A stretch of DNA of 64,000 nucleotides from a virus (taxonomy: Duplodnaviria > Caudoviricetes): the IMG/VR virus record IMGVR_UViG_3300037147_000032, positions 543 to 64,542 of that record; one strand, given 5' to 3'. The position numbers and the translations under genes were made by a program. The notes under the pieces were generated by a model. The model searched no databases. It was not told the origin of the DNA and saw only the letters and a program-made list of their open reading frames with translations. This document shows, piece after piece, positions 39,274-48,649 of the stretch; position 1 is the stretch's first letter; each line of letters opens with the position of its first letter.

Positions 39274-39829
39274 TCGGCAAATCCCTGATGCCGCGTCCCG
39301 TGATTAGCCCGATCGGGTCAGCGACATCACGCTTGTGCGCCTCGCTATCCGTCGCGCGCTTGACCCCTGCCTCTTCAGCAAACCATGGCTGTAGCGACTC
39401 TTCGATCTTGAAGCGAGCCCCTGTGGCTTCCTGCGGGGCCTGCTCGCCGTTCGGACCGACAAGCGAATTGGTTTCCCTGAACGCACGGGGATCGACCACG
39501 CCCTCGGGAAGCGTCAGGCCGTGCTTGCGCTCCAGAAATTCCTGACAGAGCGCCATCGCGCGCCACACCAGAGCGACAACCTCTTCACAGTCGCCGTCCA
39601 TGCCTTTGTAATTTGACACGTGGCGAATGATGCAGTCGGTATGATCCGTGCTCTTGCCGCGTGCATGGTGCAGCGGCTCACCCGGGTTGTGCTTCTCATT
39701 GCCCCTGTATGAATGCTCGGCAACCGCCGCGCATGCATCCGGGAAATATGCTATCAGGCCGGAGTACATCGGGACCTTTTTTCGGGAAGAACTATCGAAG
39801 AGAGACAAATATCTCTTATCCTTAGGCAT
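39266..39829 (-). CDS. dATP/dGTP diphosphohydrolase-like protein (DUF5664-like)
   Basis: YFPDACAAVAEHSYRGNEKHNPGEPLH..RGKSTDHTDCIIRH. Confidence 0.7.
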   Translation of the reverse strand: MPKDKRYLSLFDSSSRKKVPMYSGLIAYFPDACAAVAEHSYRGNEKHNPGEPLHHARGKSTDHTDCIIRHVSNYKGMDGDCEEVVALVWRAMALCQEFLERKHGLTLPEGVVDPRAFRETNSLVGPNGEQAPQEATGARFKIEESLQPWFAEEAGVKRATDSEAHKRDVADPIGLITGRGIRDLPSG

Positions 39830-39868
39830 AGATGATCCTCTCATGAAAATGCCCGCTGCTTAGCGGGC

Positions 39869-40060
39869 TCAGGCTCGTGTCCCATGACGCAGTGAACGGA
39901 TGTCTTCGAGGATGCCGTCCAAGAAACCAACTAGGAAGGACGGGTCGTTGTCTTCACTCATCTCTTCGGCGATGCCGACGAAGTCTCGAATGGTATGGCC
40001 GGCGCGATACGAAGCCAAGCCCTGAATGTAGCGAGCTTCTTCAATGATATGCTTTGACAT
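39869..40060 (-). CDS. Hypothetical protein
   Basis: GGAGA RBS; 63 aa. Confidence 0.5.
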   Translation of the reverse strand: MSKHIIEEARYIQGLASYRAGHTIRDFVGIAEEMSEDNDPSFLVGFLDGILEDIRSLRHGTRA

Positions 40061-40387
40061 AGGCGGGGGCTCTCCAAATATGGTTAATATCTGAAGTGCC
40101 TACACGAACTTAGGAAGGAATGCAAGAGGAAAAACAAAAACGCCGCCGAAGACCTTTTGGGCATCGACGGCGGCGCTCTGGTAATACATAGCCTATTCCG
40201 TTGCATCCCGGCTTGAGTTTTAAGCCCTCGGAGAAAAATGCAATTCGTTCGCCCGAGTTCATCCGGCGGGGTTGGCCATTCGCGAGTACATCGCATATTT
40301 CGGCGATGCTGTCAACCCCGAAAACACTCTGTGATCATATTCGCTGAATAGCCTATATTCGCTGGCGAGTAAATATTATCCCATTGT

Positions 40388-40885
40388 TCAAATCTTCATT
40401 TCTGGATGCGGCACGTTGACGAGCACGCTACAGATCAGCAAAATATCGCGCGGCGAGATATGGTGAAACGGAACGGTCATCGGCCACGACAAAATTTCTC
40501 CCTTGCGCATCGCCGCCGCAGTTACCGCAGAACAGATCAGATCGCCGGCCTTATGTTTATTCCAAGACGGGATCACGAAGCTGATGATCGACTGGAAGTC
40601 ATATGGCATGCCGAGCTTGCTTTCGAGGTAGCTGTAGTAGGCGTCAGCTTGAGCTTGAGTGCATGGAATTTCAACAAAAAAGTCTGCAATCGTATGCACC
40701 GCGTCGTATCCCTTCGGTCGTTTCTCCAGCCCTCCAGTCATGCGCTCGCCATAATACCACTGACCGTCCGGCGAAACGCTCTCCACATGGTTTGGCGTGA
40801 ATGGCATCGCGATGCCCGCCTGATAGCGGATGAGCCGCGAGATGAGACCTTTCCCGGCGCAGAACCTGATAACGATCTTGCTCAT
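40388..40885 (-). CDS. Permuted papain-like (NlpC/P60, YiiX/YaeF-type) enzyme
   Basis: N-terminal NHVE histidine, GMPYDF, and C-terminal LICSA cysteine. Confidence 0.7.
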   Translation of the reverse strand: MSKIVIRFCAGKGLISRLIRYQAGIAMPFTPNHVESVSPDGQWYYGERMTGGLEKRPKGYDAVHTIADFFVEIPCTQAQADAYYSYLESKLGMPYDFQSIISFVIPSWNKHKAGDLICSAVTAAAMRKGEILSWPMTVPFHHISPRDILLICSVLVNVPHPEMKI

Positions 40886-41163
40886 CAAATTTCCTCTTCT
40901 TTCCATGGGTTATTGCGAAACAACCATATCGCGAACGCGCGCGCCTCGTTGCTCGTGAACGACGCGCGCGTGCGCGCCTCGACGGGGCGCTTGAGGGGGA
41001 CCGGGGCGCCCCGAGCCCGATGGACGCCCCGGTCGGCATCCCGCTGTGAACGGACTACGAGATCAGTCAGGTCCTCCTGACCAACCTCATGGCGCATCGC
41101 GTCAAGCTTGTCCGGGGTGATCAGTGCGTAAAAATCGTATGGCGGGTCGGTTCGGTGAGCCAT
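40885..41163 (-). CDS. Hypothetical protein
   Basis: Coupled ORF with AGGAG RBS. Confidence 0.5.
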   Translation of the reverse strand: MAHRTDPPYDFYALITPDKLDAMRHEVGQEDLTDLVVRSQRDADRGVHRARGAPVPLKRPVEARTRASFTSNEARAFAIWLFRNNPWKEEEI

Positions 41164-41166
41164 CTT

Positions 41167-41649
41167 TTAATCTCCTACCTCGATAGCTTGACAGCCGGCG
41201 AGCATGTCCATCTTGGTGCGGCCATGCTCTTCAATTATCTCCCGGTAGAACCATTTGTGATCGGAAGCACGATTGAAGATACGTCCGGCCATGATGACGT
41301 TCGGGTTTCTTGTCAGGACACCTACCCATGTCGCATCAAGCTTGCCCGGCTCTTGCTCTAGCTTGCTGTAACCGTACTGCTCTGACCTGACGTAGTGCTT
41401 GCCGAACACGGAATTATGGATCACTTCCATGTTGGTCAGATTGCCCGCGTCATTCACTTTAACAGTAATCGTGATGGTCTTGATCGGATCACGATCACCA
41501 TCCGGCGGCCTCAATGAGATAACGCCGCACTCGAATGCGCCATCGACCGGCCAAAACGGTGGCGAGGCTGACGGCGCAACTTGAAAATCGGCAAACGCGA
41601 CTGTGCTGAATAGCAGCGCCGCCAAAGCGAAACAGATTATACGATACAT
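41167..41649 (-). CDS. Secreted hypothetical protein
   Basis: Signal peptide ending AFA. Confidence 0.6.
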   Translation of the reverse strand: MYRIICFALAALLFSTVAFADFQVAPSASPPFWPVDGAFECGVISLRPPDGDRDPIKTITITVKVNDAGNLTNMEVIHNSVFGKHYVRSEQYGYSKLEQEPGKLDATWVGVLTRNPNVIMAGRIFNRASDHKWFYREIIEEHGRTKMDMLAGCQAIEVGD

Positions 41650-41650
41650 T

Positions 41651-41869
41651 TCATTTTGTCCAGTGTTGTCGGTCAGGTGTTTCCCATACGCAGCGGGGGA
41701 CTGTCAGGATTATCGTGTTGATTACCCCAGCATCCTCCACACAGTCAAGCATTTCGAGCGCGTTGATCAGCTTTCTTTTGTTCTGGTACAGCACGAGGTT
41801 TCGCGCTGCCAGCGCCTGACGCTCTTCGGATATCCCGGCTGCAACACGGTATTCGTGCGGTTTCTTCAT
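41651..41869 (-). CDS. Hypothetical protein
   Basis: AAGGA RBS. Confidence 0.5.
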   Translation of the reverse strand: MKKPHEYRVAAGISEERQALAARNLVLYQNKRKLINALEMLDCVEDAGVINTIILTVPRCVWETPDRQHWTK

Positions 41870-41882
41870 GCCGTCTTTTCCT

Positions 41883-42119
41883 TTAGTAGCGCCTATCGGC
41901 GAAGCAGCGGCAGTAAACAGGCGTTAACTTCCGCCGTGACAAGGCCGCGTTCCTAGCCAGCCATTGTCTTTTGTGTTGACGCTCCCGGTCGTATTCACGC
42001 TGGCGATCCTGTCTCTCGTCGGCGGTTCTCATTCGCTCGAACATCCGCTCTATGCGCGCGGCTTCGCGATAGTCGTTGCGCGCCAGAATTTCCTCATGGG
42101 TCAGTGTCCGTTGTGCCAC
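41883..42119 (-). CDS. Hypothetical Arg-rich protein
   Basis: GGAGG RBS before GTG. Confidence 0.4.
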   Translation of the reverse strand: MAQRTLTHEEILARNDYREAARIERMFERMRTADERQDRQREYDRERQHKRQWLARNAALSRRKLTPVYCRCFADRRY

Positions 42120-42445
42120 GTTTCGCCTCCGTCGTGCGAGTGTACACCTTGGCCGATTACCTGCCGGTTCACCGTGCGACCGGCGAGAGCTTCGGCCTGA
42201 GCGATTTTGGCCTTGGCTAGCGCGGAGCCTGAAACCATGATGCGGCGGTAGATGCACGCGTCGGTCACGTCGTCGCGCAGGTTCGGGTCAATCCCCTCGA
42301 AGGCGATTGCACCGGTCTTCTTGTCGATCTTCGGCTTGACCTTGCCGGCGGCAATCAAGCTGTTGACGTCGGCGGCCACTTGTGCAACTTCCTGCTTGCG
42401 CAGGGAAATGGACTGGCCTCTTTTTCGTCTGGTATCGCAAGGCAT
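42101..42445 (-). CDS. Hypothetical phage protein (MPCDT...)
   Basis: AGGAG RBS; 114 aa. Confidence 0.6.
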   Translation of the reverse strand: MPCDTRRKRGQSISLRKQEVAQVAADVNSLIAAGKVKPKIDKKTGAIAFEGIDPNLRDDVTDACIYRRIMVSGSALAKAKIAQAEALAGRTVNRQVIGQGVHSHDGGETWHNGH

Positions 42446-42513
42446 CCTACTTCTCCTGTTGCGGTCTTTAGCGGAGCCGGGACGACCCGTCAAGGGTCAT
42501 CCCGGATATTGGG

Positions 42514-42870
42514 TTAAGCCAGCATATCTTCGAGATCAAGTTCCCGAATTGAGGTATCCATTGCAGCCGCATTCTCATCGAAGGCGGCCTCAACCTCAGG
42601 ATCGAGATCGATAGCGCGGGCGGTTGCCTCAGTGTCCTTGACTTCGCTTTCGCCATCGAGGTCCAAGAAAGCGGTGCGGGAGCCGGCCAACGACGCGAGG
42701 GTCTGTTCGTCAAGAAGTGGGTCGACGTCCCAGATGCGCTTGGCGTAGCAATCGGTGAGCTGGCAGCCGTGGCGCTTGGCATAGTCCTTGCGGGCGAGGA
42801 AGCTATTCTCGGCCTGCATCCGCTCGATCGGAAGGGGGAAAGCGATACACCGGACTTGATACGTGTTCAC
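42514..42870 (-). CDS. Hypothetical protein with an acidic C-terminus
   Basis: GGAG RBS; GTG start. Confidence 0.5.
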   Translation of the reverse strand: MNTYQVRCIAFPLPIERMQAENSFLARKDYAKRHGCQLTDCYAKRIWDVDPLLDEQTLASLAGSRTAFLDLDGESEVKDTEATARAIDLDPEVEAAFDENAAAMDTSIRELDLEDMLA

Positions 42871-42955
42871 TGCCTGTCTCCGGGGTTGAAGGTTACGCTA
42901 TCGAGCCGGCGCGCGTTCATGCGCGCCAGCTCTTCGAGAATGTTCCAGATCGTTT

Positions 42956-43333
42956 TCATCGGTTTTGTTCCTCCACTAGGTACCCTTCCCCGTCGCCATC
43001 ATAAAGCACCGTTGGCACGGGAAGCTCGCAAGCCTTGTTGCACTTCCCCTTGTGCGCCCAAACGACGTTTGCTTCGATACCACGCCAGTCGTCGAGCCAT
43101 TCGATAGAGAAGCCCGCGCGGTAGCCCCGTTTTCTGGGGATGCGGTGCGAGGCTTCAAATGGGACCTCTGGGGTTTCGTGACCACCGCAATGGAAGCAGG
43201 TTTCCGCTACATGGAAGCCTTGCTTTATGTAATTCCGACGACAAGAATGGCGACGTCCGCCGCCATACGACGGATACAATTCTCGTAACATCGTTAGATG
43301 TGCGAACGGAATGAGTTTCTTTGGGGTGGTCAT
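42956..43333 (-). CDS. Small HNH-like nuclease
   Basis: CFHCG...EASHRIPRKRG...NVVWAHKGKCN. Confidence 0.55.
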   Translation of the reverse strand: MTTPKKLIPFAHLTMLRELYPSYGGGRRHSCRRNYIKQGFHVAETCFHCGGHETPEVPFEASHRIPRKRGYRAGFSIEWLDDWRGIEANVVWAHKGKCNKACELPVPTVLYDGDGEGYLVEEQNR

Positions 43334-43485
43334 CGGTTCTGGCCTCGTGCCTCAACGCGCTTGCCGTGCAAGGCCTGTAATTCGGCCGGGGTACGGAGGA
43401 CCCGCTTCGCGTTCTCTTGCGCGTAGAATTGCAGGACACGGACCACCGCGTTTCGGTACTTGCGCTGTTTCTGGGTAACGGTCAT
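43330..43485 (-). CDS. 51-aa hypothetical protein (not in the ORF track)
   Basis: MTVTQKQRKY...RTPAELQALHGKRVEAR; ATGA coupling to the next gene. Confidence 0.45.
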   Translation of the reverse strand: MTVTQKQRKYRNAVVRVLQFYAQENAKRVLRTPAELQALHGKRVEARGQNR

Positions 43486-43604
43486 TTGCTATTCCGATGT
43501 TCCGGGGTTTCTGGGATCGGCCCCACGCCGTACTTTTTCGGGCGTGTCCGACATCCACAACATACACCCCCCGATCAGGACTGCAAGCGGAGCCTGAGTT
43601 GATG

Positions 43605-43620
43605 GTTAACAAATGGTAAA
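43605..43620 (-). promoter_or_regulatory. Near-consensus CtrA-type box
   Basis: Minus strand TTTA-ccatttg-TTAAC, intergenic and next to a hairpin. Confidence 0.45.
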
Positions 43621-43816
43621 GGCCCGCGCGTTTCCGCAGCGGGCCTGTTACCTCTCGACAGAGGGATCGATAACACTTTGCCGCGTCTGCGGTATCCTTG
43701 AGCGTTTATGCGTTTCGATCTCGCGATCTCCGCACGGCCCGTGAGTATGCGAGGGCTTATCCGCAGGATGCCTTTCGTTGCCGAGCGACGAACCCGACTG
43801 CAACGCCCTCGCCGGG

Positions 43817-44164
43817 CTAGCGACGATCCTCCAAATGTTTCTTGGCCCGCTCCGCTCCGCGAAGCGCGGCCTCGGAAGTGGCGTAAGCTATCGGGTGTCC
43901 GGCCGAACTATGGACAGTGCGCCAGTCAGCGCCATCGCGGAACTGGGCATGATAGAAGCCCGGGATCGCGCGCAGATGGGGGTCGGAGGGCGAACCATTG
44001 GTTTCGTCGCCGGCAATGGCTTGCGTGATGAGGTCGAGCAGCATTTCGGCGAGAATATACTCCCTCGCCGCCTCCGCTGCCAAATCGGGAGTGTCGGCAC
44101 GTTCCCGTTGTCGAGCTTCAACTCGCTCGCCATGCAGGCGTTGTGTTTCTTCGGGGGTACGCAT
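43817..44164 (-). CDS. Hypothetical protein
   Basis: GGAGA RBS. Confidence 0.55.
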   Translation of the reverse strand: MRTPEETQRLHGERVEARQRERADTPDLAAEAAREYILAEMLLDLITQAIAGDETNGSPSDPHLRAIPGFYHAQFRDGADWRTVHSSAGHPIAYATSEAALRGAERAKKHLEDRR

Positions 44165-44243
44165 TTGTTTCTCCGTTTGGGTTTGTGATGACTTGCCTTT
44201 AGCGGTGATCCATAAACACGTCAATAGCTTTGTTTGTGGTTGG

Positions 44244-44504
44244 TTAATGGCTCACTTCTTCCCAGTCTTGCGTCACGTGTCCCGGCGTAGCGTAAATATC
44301 AGCGGGACCGCATCCGGTAACATGGAAGCATTCATCATCTGGATCGTTGCCGACCCAGAGCACGACTTTCGCCGCGCGTCCGGGCATGGTCGTAGGTGTG
44401 TTGCTCATGTCGTACATGCTAATCACCGGCCGCCACTGACCGCCCCAGAGCATCTGGTATTTCGTATTGGGTGTCTTGTCGTCCCATGGTCCGCTCACAG
44501 ACAA
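44244..44504 (-). CDS. Hypothetical protein
   Basis: GGAGG RBS; TTG start. Confidence 0.5.
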   Translation of the reverse strand: MSVSGPWDDKTPNTKYQMLWGGQWRPVISMYDMSNTPTTMPGRAAKVVLWVGNDPDDECFHVTGCGPADIYATPGHVTQDWEEVSH

Positions 44505-44989
44505 TACTCCTCCCGTTGGTATGCATGAGCAAGTAAGAGCGCTGCCCGTGCCGGATTGAAATCATCTCTCGTTGTGTCAAGCGCCCGTTCTAGTAAGCGT
44601 TCATGTCTTGCATCACGGTTTCTTTCGAGACCTTTCGGACTGCTATCGTATCGGTGTTTTGCTTCTTGACCTTTCGGGCTGTCCTTATATCGGCGATCTG
44701 TCTCATGACCTTTCGGACTGTCATCATATCGGCGATGCGCTTCGATGCCCTTCGGACTGACAGCATATCGGCGATGCGCTTCAACCCCATTCGGGCCGGT
44801 GTTATATCTACGTCTCGCTTTCCGGCCTTTCGGAGATTTATCAAACCGTGAATGAGAGTTGCGAGCACATTCCACACAAGTGCAGGAAAACGTATAGCGC
44901 TCACAAATATGACCACGGCGACATGGTCTCCCAGTGTACCGAGTGAGCCCTAACTCAATTGCTTTTGCCCGACTAATCTTCTTCTTCAT
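44495..44989 (-). CDS. Zinc-module protein with six 13-aa RRYxxSPKG repeats
   Basis: YTGRPCRRGHICERY...CVEC followed by the repeats. Confidence 0.65.
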   Translation of the reverse strand: MKKKISRAKAIELGLTRYTGRPCRRGHICERYTFSCTCVECARNSHSRFDKSPKGRKARRRYNTGPNGVEAHRRYAVSPKGIEAHRRYDDSPKGHETDRRYKDSPKGQEAKHRYDSSPKGLERNRDARHERLLERALDTTRDDFNPARAALLLAHAYQREEYCL

Positions 44990-45297
44990 TTTAGAACCGC
45001 GCGCCCGCCAACATATTTGTAGTCGCTCGGTGGATGACCAGACTGCCTCGAAGCTCGATCTATTGCGCGCTTGACAGGCCCCATCGCCTCTCGCTTTTTA
45101 CCCGCCACGGTAAGTTCTTCGGAATTTTTCTTCATATGACCACGCTCGCGCAAGATCGCAACGGCCTCCGTATGGGCATCGTATTTCTCGTTACCGATCT
45201 GGCGCGTCAGTCGTGTGAGCAGTGGGAGATGTTTGGCCATGTTGATTTCTCCATGTGAATATTCGTCGAGGATTGACTTTGGCTGCTTTACATTCAT
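44986..45297 (-). CDS. Hypothetical basic protein
   Basis: ATGA coupling; the real start may be the internal MAKH. Confidence 0.5.
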   Translation of the reverse strand: MNVKQPKSILDEYSHGEINMAKHLPLLTRLTRQIGNEKYDAHTEAVAILRERGHMKKNSEELTVAGKKREAMGPVKRAIDRASRQSGHPPSDYKYVGGRAVLK

Positions 45298-45496
45298 CGA
45301 CGTATTTCCTCAGCTTGACTGCGATCTCCGGATCGAAAACACCGGTCTTGATGAACTGGTCACAGTAGGCAGTGCGGAGGGCTTTGATGTGAAGCGGTAA
45401 CTTGGTCTTGCGGCGCTTGGGGCCAGCGGCCTTGCACGCGGCAACGCGCTCTGGATACTTCTTGCGGTACGTGGCTTGTCTCGTGGCCCCACTCAT
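45191..45496 (-). CDS. Hypothetical basic protein
   Basis: GAGGAG RBS. Confidence 0.45.
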   Translation of the reverse strand: MSGATRQATYRKKYPERVAACKAAGPKRRKTKLPLHIKALRTAYCDQFIKTGVFDPEIAVKLRKYVDECKAAKVNPRRIFTWRNQHGQTSPTAHTTDAPDR

Positions 45497-45576
45497 ATAT
45501 CGGTACTCCTCAAAAGGTCTCTGAGCCCTGTGCCCGAGACAGTGTCTGCTAACGTGACCTTGCCGTCTACGATACC

Positions 45577-46080
45577 CTAATCGTATCTTTCTCGATATGC
45601 AATCGCCAGTCTCATCTTTTCGACGCTGTCTTTGAACGCCCCGAGCCCTAGATTGCAGCACTGACAAAGCCAACCACGAAATTTTCCAGTTACATGATCA
45701 TGGTCGGCGTGGAGCTTAGCGATTTCATTGCATGACTGACAGCGACTATCTTCCGGCATAGAGAATGCTTGTTCGACTGTCATCCCGTACCGATTGCGGC
45801 GCTTATAGATTGTCGTTCGGTGGACCCCAACGGCTTCGGCTCGGGCTGTTATGCCTGTTGTGCGAGAGGGTCTAGATAATGCCTGTTCCAATGTCTCCCC
45901 AGCTTGATGTACTCGTTTCCACACTGTCTTAGGATTTATGCCAAGTTCAAGCGCCCGTCGTCGTAACTCTGGCGTCACAAAAACCGTTCGTTTATAGAGT
46001 GGATCGGTAAGCGCCAATTCACGCGAGCGTCCAGACCGAATTCGTTTCCGGATCGTAGCTGCTTTAAGTGCAGTCATCAT
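45577..46080 (-). CDS. Endonuclease VII-type homing endonuclease with HTH-like repeats
   Basis: CQSC...DHDHVTGKFRGWLCQCCNLGLGAFKD. Confidence 0.85.
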   Translation of the reverse strand: MMTALKAATIRKRIRSGRSRELALTDPLYKRTVFVTPELRRRALELGINPKTVWKRVHQAGETLEQALSRPSRTTGITARAEAVGVHRTTIYKRRNRYGMTVEQAFSMPEDSRCQSCNEIAKLHADHDHVTGKFRGWLCQCCNLGLGAFKDSVEKMRLAIAYRERYD

Positions 46081-47624
46081 ATATCCGTTTTCATCAAGAG
46101 GTCTCGGAGCCCGGTCCCAGATACAGTATCCGCCAAAGAGATTTTACCATCAATGATTTCATAATTGCGGTCATCGACCGTCCCGATGGTTCTCATCCGA
46201 ACGACGCTGACAGAGTGGCCAGCGATTTGTGTCCCGCGTTCCTTGGCTTGCACGTATTGAGTTGCGTCCGGCGTCGAAGAGAAGAACATGATCGTGTCCG
46301 CTGCACTGAAGTCGCGGCCTTCTCCACCAGCGCCGGGCTGGCCAACAAGCGGGTTATATTTCGGATCATTCTGGAATGCAAGCCTGATCCCTTCGCGCTT
46401 GTCCGTGGGCACTCCGCCATGAAATTCAAGGGGCTTGAACCAATATGACCTGAGCTTGCTGAGCACCCGGCGGATGTCTTCCCGGTAGCGGCACCAGATG
46501 ATGGTTTTACCCGGCAACGTTCCATAGACTTCCTCAATCATCGCTTGGTAGATCGGAGCATCTTCGTCGATAGTGATGATCTCGGTATCGAGCTTGACAT
46601 AGCCATTAAGAATTTGCTGGAGCTTCATCACGCGAGCACCCGCATCTGGCGCGGCGACGGTCGGCATGTTCTCGATCTCGACAAGATGCCGAGAGACCAT
46701 TTCCAGATAGGCGCGGCGCTGCTTTTCACTCATGACGATGAGACGTGAGGTCTCCAGTAGCTCGGGCATGTCGCCGACGTCCTTGCGAAGCACGACCGAT
46801 GAGTACTTGGAGATTTTATCCCGGAGCACATCGAGGTTCTTGTAGCGCGCGATCTTCTTGTATGCGCGACTGTGCCGCTTGAACGTCGGATTATTTTCTT
46901 TTATCCGCTCAACCTCAAACTCGGCGTAGTATTGGGCGAATTTTTCATATGAGTTGCCTGCATACTCCGATCCGAACGCGAGATCGTCGCCGATCTTGAA
47001 CATCGAGTACGCTCGTAGCGGAGAATTCAGGATAGGGGTGCCCGTCTCAATCGTGACAAACTTCGCCATGTGTCCCAACTGCCGGGCGAGCCGCGTCCGT
47101 TTCGTACCGGCGTGCCCGAAGTGATGCGCCTCGGAAATCACGAGCATGAACTTCTTGTGACAGGATTTCTTGAACTCGTTCACCGCTCGGAGAATGGAGC
47201 TATTGGCCTCGGAGACAGCCCCGAACGCCTCCATGTTGACCGCCAGCCATTTGAGGCCGCCCGTGTGTTCGTTGAGCGCTTTGAGTCCAGCGATAGCGTC
47301 CCAGTCAGCGCGCTTCGGCGTTTGCCAAGCGAAAGCCATGTGCTGACCATTCTCGGGCCATGACCATCGTGGCAATTCGTTGAGGCAATAATTAATATGA
47401 ATTCCATTTGGGGCGAGCAAGATCACACCCTCGATATTGCCCTGCGCGAATTGATATTCGGCTTTGTCGATCACGGCTCTGGATTTGCCGGTGCGCATCG
47501 CCCACAAAAGAGCGCGAAATCTGTCGTCTTTATGCTCGTCGAACTCTTTCTTCTGGTGCGCCCATTGAACCTGTTTAGCGGGTTCCGGGCCTAAAAGCTC
47601 TGCAAGATCGATATCGCTTATCAT
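46077..47624 (-). CDS. SNF2-like SF2 helicase with atypical motifs
   Basis: MRTGKS, ETGTPI, KTIIWCRY and GGEGRDFSAA motifs; motif II reads ISEAH. Confidence 0.85.
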   Translation of the reverse strand: MISDIDLAELLGPEPAKQVQWAHQKKEFDEHKDDRFRALLWAMRTGKSRAVIDKAEYQFAQGNIEGVILLAPNGIHINYCLNELPRWSWPENGQHMAFAWQTPKRADWDAIAGLKALNEHTGGLKWLAVNMEAFGAVSEANSSILRAVNEFKKSCHKKFMLVISEAHHFGHAGTKRTRLARQLGHMAKFVTIETGTPILNSPLRAYSMFKIGDDLAFGSEYAGNSYEKFAQYYAEFEVERIKENNPTFKRHSRAYKKIARYKNLDVLRDKISKYSSVVLRKDVGDMPELLETSRLIVMSEKQRRAYLEMVSRHLVEIENMPTVAAPDAGARVMKLQQILNGYVKLDTEIITIDEDAPIYQAMIEEVYGTLPGKTIIWCRYREDIRRVLSKLRSYWFKPLEFHGGVPTDKREGIRLAFQNDPKYNPLVGQPGAGGEGRDFSAADTIMFFSSTPDATQYVQAKERGTQIAGHSVSVVRMRTIGTVDDRNYEIIDGKISLADTVSGTGLRDLLMKTDI

Positions 47625-48160
47625 CGGCGGCTCGCATAATTCGCGAGAGCGCGCAACTCCGTCGCGCTTGCATCCGCTTTGAGCTTATTCGCTCGCCAAC
47701 TTATGATAGCCACGTTGCCGGAGACATAGCCCTCGCAATTGTCGATCCGATCAAGGGTAGCGCGGGCAGCGTCGTACCCGGAGCCACTGTATTTAAGTTT
47801 GCATCCGAGAACCGGGCAACGTGATGGCAGTTTGCCGCCGATAAGGAGATCACGCTCAGAGATCATAAATGGAAGGTGTCGGCGTTTCGCGCTACTCCGG
47901 CTGTTCTTGAGCATGTGAGCAAGGGGCCGGGTTCTTCGCCGTTTGTCATAGGCTCGCTTATTAGACGCGCTAACGTTCTTCGGGTGCGAACGCCGCCACG
48001 CGACGGACATCCGAGCACACTTCTCCGGGTTTTTCTCGCGGTACTTTTTATTGGCCGTCCGATGGGTTCGGCGGGCTTTTATCGGATGGTCAAGACGATA
48101 CGAAGCGGCCCGAAGTCGGGCCGCTTCGCGTCTCTGCTCTGGCGTGTGGATAAGACGCAT
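47621..48160 (-). CDS. HNH-type homing endonuclease
   Basis: CPVLG...TLDRIDNCEGYVSGNVAIISWRANKLK. Confidence 0.8.
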   Translation of the reverse strand: MRLIHTPEQRREAARLRAASYRLDHPIKARRTHRTANKKYREKNPEKCARMSVAWRRSHPKNVSASNKRAYDKRRRTRPLAHMLKNSRSSAKRRHLPFMISERDLLIGGKLPSRCPVLGCKLKYSGSGYDAARATLDRIDNCEGYVSGNVAIISWRANKLKADASATELRALANYASRR

Positions 48161-48565
48161 CAGTCAGGTAACGGCCTCAAGGCCGGGGCCCTGTCCGAAA
48201 GCGCGCAACCCGAATTCGCGTCGTCGTGAAGTTTTGTTTAGCGTTAGGCATTTTTAATCTCCGGTTGGGTTTTGAGTGTCACAATTCACACCCTAGACCA
48301 CAGGCCTCGTGATCCGTCAAGCACTAAATCCGTCTTATTCGATATATTTTCGATGGGTAAGATTGGCAAGAGCTTGCACCGTGTTAGGTGATTGCGCACG
48401 CGCCCCACTGTCAATGGTCTCGATAGGCGGAGACAGCCTGTCCGCTACAGGCGTCGCCTCTTGCGGCACAGGCCGAGGAAACGGTTTAATGGTTTTAGAT
48501 ATGTCTACCATTCTAGGGGCTGTCGAGAGATGCCTCGCGCGAACATTTTTCATTGTTTCATCCTC

Positions 48566-48649
48566 TCACGCTACTCGGGCAGCGGGCTCAGGCTCCGGCC
48601 CAAGAAGTTCTTCAAGGTCAATTTCGTCGGAACGGATTTCCACGATCAT
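48566..48649 (-). CDS. 27-aa mini-ORF resembling the helicase N-terminus
   Basis: MIVEIRSDEIDLEELLGPEPEPAARVA versus helicase MISDIDLAELLGPEP. Confidence 0.4.
   Translation of the reverse strand: MIVEIRSDEIDLEELLGPEPEPAARVA

Noticed and set aside
40060-40390. tRNA or known ncRNA in this intergenic gap
   Set aside because: It has hairpins and a TTGACA, but I could not fold a cloverleaf or recognise a family. It is probably a promoter/terminator region.
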